Assembly (NCBI GenBank): GCA_009602735.1 | Contig: WELA01001098.1 | Span: 10,469 to 67,814, forward strand | DNA length: 57,346 nucleotides | Source: Mesotaenium endlicherianum | Lineage: Eukaryota | Reading direction: 5' to 3' | Shown: positions 1-12,540 of the stretch, piece by piece | How the letters are laid out: each line of letters begins with the position of its first letter | How positions within the stretch are numbered: position 1 is the first letter of the stretch | Position numbers and translations under genes: made by a program | Notes under the pieces: generated by a model | The model's database searches: none | The model's input: the letters and a program-made list of their open reading frames with translations, nothing else | Told to the model about the DNA's origin: nothing

Positions 1-3000
1 CCCCCCCCCCCCCCCCCCCCCTCCCAGTTTCCTCCTTAAACAATGAAGGCCATACTTTATTGACCAAGTACCTTTCATTACCCACACCCCTTTTCCCATC
101 TGAAAGGGGAGGCTACTTGCACCTTGCCTTTTGCGAGAAATAATCCTTTTAGTTGGTACTATACAGTTACGGATTAAGCCTATAGTTCATATCTTACTGC
201 CCACCTCCTTCCTTAAACACCCCCACTTCCCATCTTGAAGTGAAGAACCATTGGGAGGAGAATCTTCACTTTGAATAAGAAGGCTTACGGACCTTGGTGT
301 GGATGAGAATTGGGGTCAGCAGTCTGCCTGCGTCCTTGCGTGGCGCCCAGAGTTTTTGCAGAGAACTCAGTGACTGACTTGGCAGCTGCAGATACGGCCC
401 CTTGTACGTCACCCTTCATGACACATGTCACTGCCTTGCTGCCCCTGGCAGTCTGCCCTAAGACGAGAGCGACTCCCCCTAGAAGTCGACTCAGGTCTTG
501 GACCAGGACTGGAAGACGAGCCGAAGTCTTTCTTGCAGCCATTGAACTCAATAATTCTTTATCAACGTTCCTTGTCAAACGGCTTGCTTTTCTCGTATTT
601 GGCAACCTTGCCGGTGGGAATATAAGCAAGATCAGGGTGTTTTTCAGCTAGAGTGAAAGGTTACTGCAATAGGTGCTGACATGCCTGCATACTCCGAATG
701 TGCAACGAAGTAGTTGATCCACGGCTATGCTGATCAAAAAGACATCTTCTCAACTTGATCTCTGCAGGTGGCCTCTACTTAAGAAATGATCTTAAGAGAC
801 TGATCGCTGGTAGAAACCAAGAGACAAGTTATTTACACGTCGGCTTTCTCATGCGGATCGCCCATGCCCCCAGCTAGCTAGCTGAATATGTTACAAGGAG
901 CCACAAGGAGCACTCAATTGTGACCGCTTGAAATTATTTGAAACGCCTTTGAAGTCATACGTGTCATTACTAGTTCGGTAAGCACGTGTGATGCTTCGTA
1001 GTGCTTCGTATAGCACTTCCACAGCAATATTTTTGATGGTGGTGAACTGCGATGCATTATTCATACCGGAACGAAATAATTTGAGCAACCAGGAGCAACA
1101 GAATTATTCTGTGTATGTACAACCTTCGCTTACAGGAAGTCGCTAGCTCTGTCAACGAAAGTAGATGCTCTTACAGAGCTCGCCCTTGAAAAATTGGAAG
1201 CCAGCAGAAGCATGTCCGGTACATTACAGCTGCTTCGTCCGCTGCTCTGCATGCTGGTCTAGGAAGCCACACGATGTTTCTCATCAATTATTGATGAAGT
1301 GAGCTTCACCGATGACCAAAGATTTAGCACAGTGAGCACAGAGTGACTCACATTGCATAGCCCAAAATATGGTTCACAACGAACGTTGAGGGAGATGGAT
1401 AAGAGAATATTTTTGGGGAGCGCTTTGCTTCTATGGGCAGGCGGTCTTCAGGTACGCCAAATGAGCCTTCTCGACACAGCAGTTTGCCTCTGCAGTCTCA
1501 ATTCTTCTTGTCGTAGGAGATATGTAGACTTTAAAAGCAAGAGCTGTTCTGCATGGTTATTTTCCACAGAAAAAGCTGCATGTAGTACTTAGGCTTCGTG
1601 GCAAGCTCCGACCTGCTTGATTTTCCCGCCCTACTCGGTCAACAATCCACAAATGATATGTTGTAACTGCATCATATAGTCCACCCTAAAATACTTCAAA
1701 GTTTCCACGGATTGTATGTTTGACTTGAAGCTACCCATATGAAGAGCGTGTGATTGCATTCTCCTGTTGCAACGGTTTCTGCATGAGGTCATGGGTACCT
1801 TGTTCCCCCTATATATGAAATTCCTCTCCAAGTTGAAGACAGTCTATCCTCATCAACTCTGTCACAAGAATTGGAGCTGGCAAGTACCTGCTCCGACACT
1901 GCATGGAAAGGTCTCCAGATAAGAATGTGCTTTGTACAAATTTAAAACCTCGGTAGTCTTATGCGTTTCATTTGATCGATTAGTCGTAGAACAAGTGGAC
2001 CATGCACGAGAGCATGATAGGAGGAGCATGGTGCTTCTCAGCTAGCCATGTCACTTTGACATATATGTGACAGGGAATGTATGCATCTTGCTGGCCAGGA
2101 ACAACTGGAGTGTAAGATTTAACCTGTAATATTAACATCCTTGTGTATCAAGCTTGTGGTGGTGCCTAGCACCCGAGGGAGAAGATGGGAAAGTTGCAGA
2201 TGGAAGTGCCAGAAGGGACATGCATCTATGGTCTCAAAAAGAGACGTGTGCCTACAGTCCCTCACCTTTGTGATGCTTGTAGTGCACTTTTGAAAGAGAC
2301 TCTTCTCATTTCGTCATGTCAATTGTATATGTCCTCAGGCACATATGATGTGGCTGCAGCGACAACAGGCCTTCAAGAGCAAATTTGAGGAAGCACCTCA
2401 GGTGGACAAAGAGTCTTTAGCGGAATAGGTAAGGAGGTTAGGTCCAGAAAGCAAGCAAGCACAAGTATATAGGTAAAAAGGGTAGGACCTTTGACTGGGG
2501 TAGTTGTTCATGAGAAGCAATACTAAGATGGCGAAGTTGGAAGACTACAAGGTAGTAGAATGTGAGAGGCAGGTAAGTAGGAATCAAAAACGTTTTTTCC
2601 CATTCATATGGTACATGCTACTAGGCACGGTATAGAATGACAAAGCTTTTGCCCCCTTAATTCAGGGTGTTATTGTATTGCATTCAGGAAAAGTTTGATG
2701 GTATGTTCCTATTCGCCGACTTCTCTCTACAACTTCGCCGGCTCCAGCTTCTGTGGGGAGACTAACGACGTAACTCCTGGCTTAGTACATCTTCAATAAA
2801 GCTAGTACTATGCTTCGGCATGTTCCCGCTGCTCAAACACTGTCCATATACAGCCTCTGTAGGGCATAGAGTTCAGTGTTGTCGGGCTTGCACAGCTCTG
2901 GCAACTAGGCTGTGGGCGAAGCATGCCAGAAGAGAAAAAATTTATGCGGCTGATGTAGATGGTTGAGAAAACACTATGGGGTCATTTACAAGTCTCTTGC

Positions 3001-3175
3001 AAGCTTAAGCATTGAGCTTGACGCAACTCCAGGGCAGTTGCTGTTCAAACTTTGTGACCACAACATGAAGGTATGAAGCTAACTGCAAGGTCTGCATGAA
3101 AGGGAAAATACCAATCACTCGTAGAGAGTGCAGGAGGGTTGCATAGGAGTAGAAAATCTTCGACACTCAAGTAAT

Positions 3176-3177
<2 letters not shown>

Positions 3178-3230
<53 letters not shown>

Positions 3231-3939
3231 NNNNNNNNNNNNNNNNNNNNNNNNNNNNNNNNNNNNNNNNNNNNNNNNNNNNNNNNNNNNNNNNNNNNNN
3301 NNNNNNNNNNNNNNNNNNNNNNNNNNNNNNNNNNNNNNNNNNNNNNNNNNNNNNNNNNNNNNNNNNNNNNNNNNNNNNNNNNNNNNNNNNNNNNNNNNNN
3401 NNNNNNNNNNNNNNNNNNNNNNNNNNNNNNNNNNNNNNNNNNNNNNNNNNNNNNNNNNNNNNNNNNNNNNNNNNNNNNNNNNNNNNNNNNNNNNNNNNNN
3501 NNNNNNNNNNNNNNNNNNNNNNNNNNNNNNNNNNNNNNNNNNNNNNNNNNNNNNNNNNNNNNNNNNNNNNNNNNNNNNNNNNNNNNNNNNNNNNNNNNNN
3601 NNNNNNNNNNNNNNNNNNNNNNNNNNNNNNNNNNNNNNNNNNNNNNNNNNNNNNNNNNNNNNNNNNNNNNNNNNNNNNNNNNNNNNNNNNNNNNNNNNNN
3701 NNNNNNNNNNNNNNNNNNNNNNNNNNNNNNNNNNNNNNNNNNNNNNNNNNNNNNNNNNNNNNNNNNNNNNNNNNNNNNNNNNNNNNNNNNNNNNNNNNNN
3801 NNNNNNNNNNNNNNNNNNNNNNNNNNNNNNNNNNNNNNNNNNNNNNNNNNNNNNNNNNNNNNNNNNNNNNNNNNNNNNNNNNNNNNNNNNNNNNNNNNNN
3901 NNNNNNNNNNNNNNNNNNNNNNNNNNNNNNNNNNNNNNN

Positions 3940-4017
<78 letters not shown>
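3178..4017. repeat. (CT)n microsatellite spanning an assembly gap (N 3231-3939)
   Basis: Perfect CT runs on both sides of the N run. Confidence 0.95.
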
Positions 4018-4021
<4 letters not shown>

Positions 4022-4384
4022 GGCCCTCCTTTCTTTCCCTCTTCCTCTCTATCCCTCCCCCCCTTGCCTCCACCCCTCCTCTCCCCCTCTCTCTCATCCG
4101 TCCTCTCCCAAGTCCCTCCCTCTCTCCCCCTTATTCCCCCCTCCTTTTCTTCAATCCCCAGCTCCCTCTCCCTCTTCCTCCCTCGCTCTGTCCCCATCTC
4201 CCTCTCTCCTCGGACATTTAGGTTATTTTTCGCCCCTTGAGGCAGACTTTTTGAAATGGCTCATAAATTTGTAATATTGTACATAGGTATGTTCTCAACA
4301 TGTTCTTAAAAACTTTTAGGCCATTTGAATTTGTCGGTTGAGATGATTAACAGCTTATCAATATGTCTATTTGTTGTTGAAAGT

Positions 4385-5470
4385 GAAAAATGTGCATTTT
4401 GTCTTGCACATTACGCAGACACCCTTGACTCACAATTTCATTATAAATTCTATAAAACTTTATGTAGGTAGTCCCAACCCTCGGGTGAGTGACATGAAGT
4501 TGAAGAAAACGTTTTTGGCCAATTTTCACAAGAGTTACACACGTGCAAAGAGAGCCATCTGGCATTTTTTGCACGCCTCCATGCATCTCAGTTTTTCGCA
4601 AATTTTATAGGAACCTACTCAATTTTAATGTGTGGCAGGATGTCAAGGTGATGGAGACCTTCACAAAATTTCAAGGCATTCCAAAATCACAAGTTTTGGC
4701 AATCTCAGAAAACGGAACCATAAAAGGAGCATATTGTCCTGTAGTTTGCACGCTATGTTTGGAGGCACCCTGATTCATAGTCCAGTTGGTATACTTTGAA
4801 AATTTCTAGAAGTAATTGTAACCCTTGTGAATGACATGAAGTTGAAAAAGTTAAGTTCTGTTCAAATCCTCACGAAGCTTATACACGTGCAAAAAGAGCC
4901 ATCTGACATTTTTTGCACGCCTGAACTGGGCATCTCCGTACCTTCTGGCGTACTATACAGAAACCTTTTCGAATTTTGTCAGTAGCAATGGAGACCCTCA
5001 AAAATCTTAGCTTGTCAAGATTGCAAGACATGGTTATGGCAATTCGAGTGACATGCAAAAACTTATCAATAAAAACATTTCATGTGCATTTTGTTGTGCA
5101 CTTCATACATTTATTTTGAGGGCACCCTGACTCACAGTCTTACTGTATATCCTTCAAACTTCATATAAGTAATCTTGACCTTCATGTGAGTGACATAAAG
5201 TTGGGATAACAAGTTTTGGCCAATCCTCGCAGAGTTATACACATGCAAAGAGAGCCATTGGCACTTTTTGCACGCCTAAACCAGGCATCTTTGTATCTTT
5301 TGCAGATTCTGTTGGAACCTACTCAATTGCAATTTGGTCAAAATTTCAATGTAACGGAGACCCACACAAATCCAAGGCCTTGCGCATCCTAGTGACACAT
5401 TTATTGCAATTTGAGGCATCTGTAGATATGTACATTCAAATATTGACGTCTTGAATTGCACTTGTTTCTT
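4385..5470. repeat. Degenerate tandem repeat, about 350-bp unit x3
   Basis: The block tgacat(g/a)aagttg...ca(c/t)gtgcaaa..gagccat..tttttgcacgcct recurs with gagccat anchors at 4552, 4896 and 5252 (spacings 344 and 356). cacc(c/t)tga(c/t)tca and ggagacc also recur at the same spacing. Confidence 0.8.
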
Positions 5471-8400
5471 TTCAAAGTTTATGTTGATTTGCATATAACT
5501 ATATGGTAACTTCTAATACTATGTCTTGGTACGTGTGCTTAAATTTGCATATGTAAGGCAAGGGTAGAAACTTACATTATGTTTTGTAAATGGTTACTTT
5601 CATTCTTTACTTCAATTTGTATGAAAACAAACTAGTATTCGTAATGTACATCCTACTTTTTGTGTACACTTTTCTTCATTGTAAAACAATGCAGCTTCTA
5701 TGTTATTTGGTGAATGTGGGCACATGCATAAACCTACTTTTTCCAAAAAGAAGAATGTATCAATATTTCACATCTAGATATTTTAAAACCAAGAAAATTA
5801 TAATATTTTTGAGGATCTTCACACACTTTGTTACCGATCTAAACTTGGAACCAAATGAGGGGTCCTTTTCATTATGCACTTTCTTACACAATTTCTTAGA
5901 GTTCGATGTACGTAAATTCTGCTCAAAATTTCCATGCTCTTGTTGAAAACATCCCACTTGGTAGAAAGAGACATAGTCGTAGGTGCATGTATCTTACCAC
6001 CCCTTTACCATATTTAGTCCCTCTCAAAATTTCACTCCCATACATTTGTATAATTTCCATAGCATCATGGATGTTGTAAAGTCAATAGGATTATAGAGTG
6101 CATTTTTGTGATCATTTTGTTATAAAATTTATTGAATTTGGTTAAGTATTAAGTAAGTTTTTGAAGTTGTTATTAGTTTTAGGTCGTATACCAACTGTCT
6201 TTCATTCACGATGAGCGCGACCGTCGGATTCACCAATCGATCTGGGATGTTAGATTTAAATTCAAACCTACATGTAATTTTGACCGATGCGGAGTGGTGA
6301 CCGGGTCGAATGAATAAAAAGTTTTGGTGTTGCCTATAACGTGCTAAATAAGTATATGCTAGAGTATTTTGTACAATTTATGTCAATGTCAAATCAATCC
6401 GATACATAATCTCGAGCTGATTTGGCATATTCTCAAATATTCAGGATGGAACATTTTGATGAACGTTAAGAATTTCCGTTCTTAAGCAGCCCACCCTCTT
6501 GGAGGTTAGAGGATATATCAGAAAACAATAATTAGGCATAACTTCTTTGTTACTGATCAATTTCCATTTCCTTATATTTATACGAGTAAATAACGACAAG
6601 GCATTACCTTATATTTGAGCACTTTCATGATACCTTAAATATTCAATGATGTTACAGAGCTTTTTTATGATATATTGCTGCACTTTAGAGTGTAATTGCC
6701 GCTAACTTGGTTATTTGTGAGTTAGTACGCTTTCACTAGGGCACTTTGTCTCTTTCAGATAGCTTCTCTTCTAGCCTTGGCTGCCCTCTTGAACCTGCAA
6801 TTCTTCCAAAATCCACAAACGATTCAGCCTTGTGAGAGCTCCTGTTCCTAATCAGCCGTCCCACCCAATCGACATAAGATCAATCCCTAAAGTTTTTGGT
6901 GACAATTGGTCGGATTGCATCCTAACTTGCACATTTTCAAGATGCAAAAGAAAACTCATGGAGGATGCTCAACACATATTCTTGCTACCTTAAAAATCTA
7001 CTCTACAATAGTAAACGTATAATACATGGAAATCTTAAGATTCAAAAATCGATGCTCGAAAAAAATAGGAACTTTATTGCCAAGCACATTATGCTTGATG
7101 TATTGCTAAAAAGAGTAACATATATGGACAGCACAAATAAATGTCATAAATGTCAATTTTGATAGGATCCTATATGAAATGAATCTTGCTTATTCAAGAT
7201 TAATATATTTCATTTAAATATATAAGATCAGAGATAGGTGGAAGCGTGTGAAATCAGGGAGCGATCTTCGCCCTTATAAGAATTCCGTTTACTCATCTAC
7301 ACCTCTTGACTCACTTACCGTAGTGTGCCATAGTTGCACACTAACACGAGGCACAAGTAAGAGGCGAGCTTGAGGACTTGAGCTTCTCCTTTAGAAACTC
7401 ACGGCCTCTTGCCTACCAGGCATGCAAGCATGTATAGCACATTCACAACATCAGGGGACTGAATAGCAAAGGCACTCTCATTCAGATGACCATAATGTAG
7501 CTCAAACACATCCCACTTAAGCATGGAATCTGTCCGCTGTGTGACCCCAAAATGTCAGAGGGCATAACTCTGTCAATACTACTCCAAATTAATCAAACCT
7601 AACGGCAACGGATGCATCTTGACGAGACCTTTCCAAAAAGTTCTAGTTCGCTCCATTTGGAGCGCAAACGAAGCAGCCATGTTAATTTCCGTGAAGGCTG
7701 GTCATTAGAACGAACCCAAAAAGTGCACACATCACTTGCAAGTAGAAATCCGACTGTAAAGCCTACTGTCCAGAATGAGGGACCACGAGATCCCAGCCTG
7801 CTATGTACCTAGTGACCACCTGGTTGACCACGGCGCAAGGTGCGCCGTTTCGTGGGAAACCCGTTAAGTTGGGACCCACGGATCTAGGTATAACGACCAT
7901 ATTAATTGGTCGGTTGACTGAAGTCCTAATAGTTCAGTTGACTGACGACGGCTCCGCCTACCCACACTGGTAGGACATCGGTTTACCGAATCTCAGTCGA
8001 CCTTCCGACTTTCAGTATACTGCGGTCACATGTGCCAATCTACAAATAATAATCTAAATGAATGTATATATCCTCAGCGTACTGAAACTAAGTATACTGA
8101 CTAATATCAAGCGAGCTTACTATATGTCAACCTACTGATATTACATCCTATATATAAGTGATATATAAATCTCAGCAAACTATACTATGATACAAAAGTC
8201 ATCCTGTTGACCTTTTTGACAAAGTAAGTAAACTCGCATTACATTGACATACATTCATTTAGATGAACTCGCACATGTGAGCATATTGACATAATACTTA
8301 TTTAGTGTTATATTTATGTATGCAATTAATTAAATATTAATTAAATAAATAATGAACTGATTCATTACACTATAGGTGTTGAGATACTTGTAGAAGCTCT

Positions 8401-9692
8401 TGTAGAAGCTTTTTATATTTTTATAAGCTATAAGACTTTTAATTGCAGTAAACCTGTCGAGCAACCTTGTACAGTGTATTTCAAATCCATGCATGGCATT
8501 GTCCAACTTTGCGTTTTCAATTTGACGCCATAAATACGTTCTAGTATTGTAACCTAGCGCAAGGTAGTATTTTGCATGAATAATTAAACAAAGAATGTCC
8601 TTTCCTCAGAGTGAATGTCCTCATTGTGACATATATACGTCACAATAGTCGTAGACTTAACGTGAAGATTAAAAGAATAGAAGATTATGTGTATGCCATG
8701 GCCGCTTCACGTAGGAAACTTACGAAAGACATATTGAGCCAAATGGAATTGAGTCAAATTAAGCCCTTTTCTTGGGAGTTTTGTGATTTACCATGTCCAG
8801 TATGCGCCCATGGATAAACCTCAAGTCAATTGACATACCAATTTGATTGATGATTTCCTCAATTTGACGCAACGGAAGTATGCCTGGCAGAAAAGCACGC
8901 CCAGCATTTACAAATTAGGGTTGATACTGACCGCTATGAACGGGGACAGCATTTTAGTTTAGGTTAATGTTTGATTATGCGCATCCGGCACTTCAAACCA
9001 TTCTGAAGGTAAGGTCGGTTGTGGCCAATATTGAATAATTCGGTATCCAACCTTGTCTATTTCGAGTTATCATATTTGACCCTTAGACCAATGTATATAA
9101 AACCTCTCGCCTTTAGAAATGGGAAGTTGTTTGTCATTAACGAATTTCAACAAAAAATGGCCGAGTGACGGATTTGTCTATGTTGAGCCAACAAAGTTAA
9201 GGGACACTTTTAGTCCGGCCCCATTGAGCAATTCTTGGCTGTAAAAACGGGTTCAAAAAATATCCGGAAATCGTAGGCCTTGTCAGATCTTTGTCAACAA
9301 GTTCTGGGTTCAAACATATCTCAAGTGAAACCTCTTTCACCTCTTTCAATAGGACCAAAACCTCTAACTGCTACTCAACGCCGTGACCTCCGCTACACGC
9401 CGACATAAACGGGCATGGTATTTTTATAAATCTCTTGGCATTTGGGCAGGCAGACGTAAATATTTTATTTACCTCCACCCTCCTTGTGTTTAACAACCAC
9501 AAAATTCGCTACAACATCCTCTGTGCTTCCTTTACTGCAATTTTCTCTCTCGACCCTTCAACCTGCAACCATGGCGGCTAAAAGTAGCGATATGACGTTG
9601 GATATTAGTGCCGCTGCCTCTGGCGATTGAATCGCTCTGCACGCAATGCAGAGAACGCTAGCTGCCTTAACTAGCAACCAATCACTCATCAC

Positions 9693-10490
9693 TTGTTGGC
9701 GTGCCATGGTGTATTATGTACCCTCTTGTTTTCGAGGGCAGAGACATGGAGATGGATTGGTTTGTGGCACTTCTTGAATGGGCTCCAAATTGTAATGGTG
9801 GGAAAAGAAAAGATGGAACCAAAAAATTGGAGTGGCATGTTTAAAATTTTGGCACACGAGATTGGAACCATCTGTAGTCGACTTTTGCCATGCCCATGAA
9901 ATACCCAGGAACAGAAACGTACCTCGGGCGGCCAAATATGTGGGACACATTTGCGAGTGCTCATGTCGTTGCACAAAAAAGCGACCAATGAACTACCAGG
10001 GTCTTACGTGATTCACGGAATTGCGTTTTTTGAAGTACTGAAGACTAGTCTTCAAAAAAACTCCCCTCCGGAGTACTTGGAGGCACTTGTCGAGATGCGG
10101 GTTCTGTTTGGCAACAGGGGCGTGCATAGCGACAAATTGGTGTGCATCTGACGATTTCAAAAGAATATTCTTAACATAAAAGCGAGTTCTGTGGATAAAC
10201 ACAATATCCTCCTCGACGAATGATCTTTACCCAGTAGACGAATTTGCTAAATGTGGCAAATTCTTGGTGCAAATCTACGTGCGGGTATGCGAGATTTGCT
10301 CAATGGGGCCAGACTGTTTGAGGTTGATCCTGGTATACTACGCTACGAGCACGCCCTTACTTATTCTATATATTATTTGAAAGGCGTGTGGTACAGTGTA
10401 TATTATCAAGCCTTCACAAAAAAATGTGAAAGGTTATCGTGTTCAACATGTGCAACAATGGACATTGAACATATGTCTATTGACACATAG
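9693..10490 (+). pseudogene. Possible decayed ORF of unknown family
   Basis: ORFs 9693-9899, 9951-10151 and 10251-10490 all lie in one frame and are separated only by scattered stops. The composition is protein-like, ending in CSTCATM. No family recognised. Confidence 0.3.
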
Positions 10491-12540
10491 GATAGTGCAA
10501 TTGCTGAATTGAAATTGGCGTTGAGGTAATAATAAGATACAACACATGTCATGCCATAGGATATGGGCAAGGTTAATGGTTATCATAAGAGGTGCGAGCA
10601 AGAAAGAGCTACAAGTAAGACACAACGAGGTCTCAACTTTCAGACTATCGTCTACAATAAGACATGACTCTCATTGTGGTACACAGGCGGATCGCACTCG
10701 ACAACTGTCCTGTATGGCCCTGCACTCCCAAGTCCCACTCTGTCCCAGGAGGCCCACGCCGATATCCATTCCACAGAACCTGCAAGCAAGAGAGAGGAAG
10801 AAAGATCTAGAAAGAGCAACAAGAAACGTGGTTGCTACATCGCCAGATGCTCATTGAATTGGTTTTAATGCAGGGTAGTTAAACCTTGTGAGACAAGCCA
10901 CCAAAATTTCTATAAGGTTGAAATTATTCGCGCAAGAGCAAGAATTAATGAAAAAAGTTGCCAGCCATAAAGATGTCATTTCTGTTCTTTAAAGAGGCTG
11001 CTTCAGTTGAGAAGAGTTAGCACCCCATGGTGGAGGTTCGCTCGAGTTCCTTTCACATAAGATACTGACTGGCACTGACCGACGCAGTCTGGCCTACAGA
11101 GTACACAACGTTTCTCCACATAAACTGACAGCAGGAGGAAGAAGCTTTGTTCTGTCCGAACCTAGTTCTGTCCAATAAAACGGCGTAGGTGGGCATCTTC
11201 TATGCACTGAGGCCTTGCCCGTACTTCGAGGGATGTAGAAGATAGTAGAATTTCGAACTCGCAAACGCTCAAGAGCCGTTCGATGCCACTAGATATACCC
11301 GAATGGCAATATACTTTCAGACCCAGGTCGGGCCTACCAGGGCCTACCCTTCTGTGCCCTTCTGAAGGCCCCTGATGACTTTGCCTTCACCAGTATTGAC
11401 CTGAATATTTCACATTTATTTGGTCGTCATGAATGACATCACCACCTGCAATGCCTGCGATGCTGACACTTTGTCTCGACTTGTTTCCACTTGTATGTAG
11501 CGCAATGGCATCTCAGTGTCGGTTGCACTGCTGAATAGCATCGTTAGCCAGTGACAATGCAGTGCGCTGGCGTCTCGACTGGTTTTCAGTGGAGCTTCAG
11601 TGGCGTGCTTCAAAGTTCGCAGTGAGGCTGCTTCAACTGGCTTCAACCTGGCTTCAACAATTCGATCTGCACAATTCTGCTCGTTTTTTTAAGGCAACCC
11701 GCTTTCTGTTTAATATACAGTCGCGCCATTATAAAGCCACCAGTCCTTGTATGATAGTTACGAGCAGCTAAAACTGGTGCATATATGCACCGCTTCCATC
11801 CGCGTAGTCCAGTTTTCGGGCTTAACCCACTGGAAACTGTGCATCTGCCACTTACTTCCCTGTCGAAAAAAAGCGGTTACAGTGATGCTTGAAGGCTCCT
11901 CAGTGCGCACACATCATAGTGAAAGAGTCTCGTACCATCGACCCTCCCCTTCGACTCCCAAGAGCCGAGAACCGAGTCCCAAGTCCCAACAAAGGTGCGC
12001 ACGACTGGCAAAGATATAATATACAACTGCGTTCGCCCTCAGCTTGTAGCTAGAGCATTGCAAGAGGCTTCCGTATAGCTTACGAGGGCGCCGAGGTGAT
12101 TGATCCAAGGACATTGCCTGTTGTAAGCCATTGATTAACCCGATGAATTGCGAACTGCTCTGTGCACGTTGACTTAACTGGAAGGACTGAAAACTTTGTA
12201 GTAACTTGTATGTCATTTCTCTGATCTCCTCCATGTCTAGAATTTTCGTATGTTGGCTGGTTCGCTTAGCTGCCGGTTACATGTACTTAACTCTTCTAGC
12301 CGTGATTCTACAAATTTGAACCGGTCTGCGAAATTTCGAGCCTGCATGGCGTGAGTATGTGACGTACGCATGGCACATTGTATTGCCATTTTGCGTTTAT
12401 ACACTAGGCCGAACGTGCTCTCTTACTGCAGACTTCAATGTTCATACCACAATAACTGTTTTCACCTGTGGCTGCAGGTGGTTACGTCAAGTGCTGGCAG
12501 CTCCTGAGGTTAGCAAAATCAGCAATTAACTCCCAGCAAT

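Noticed and set aside
280..3170. Short ORFs and an FDGG-like word near 1033 suggesting a decayed retroelement
   Set aside because: No ordered domain motifs or consistent frame could be assembled.
3045..4274. 350-370 aa ORFs rich in ER/SL
   Set aside because: Artefacts of (CT)n and the N-gap.
10546..12234. ORFs of about 100 aa (10546-10857, 11914-12234)
   Set aside because: No recognisable motifs, splice structure or exon-like codon bias.
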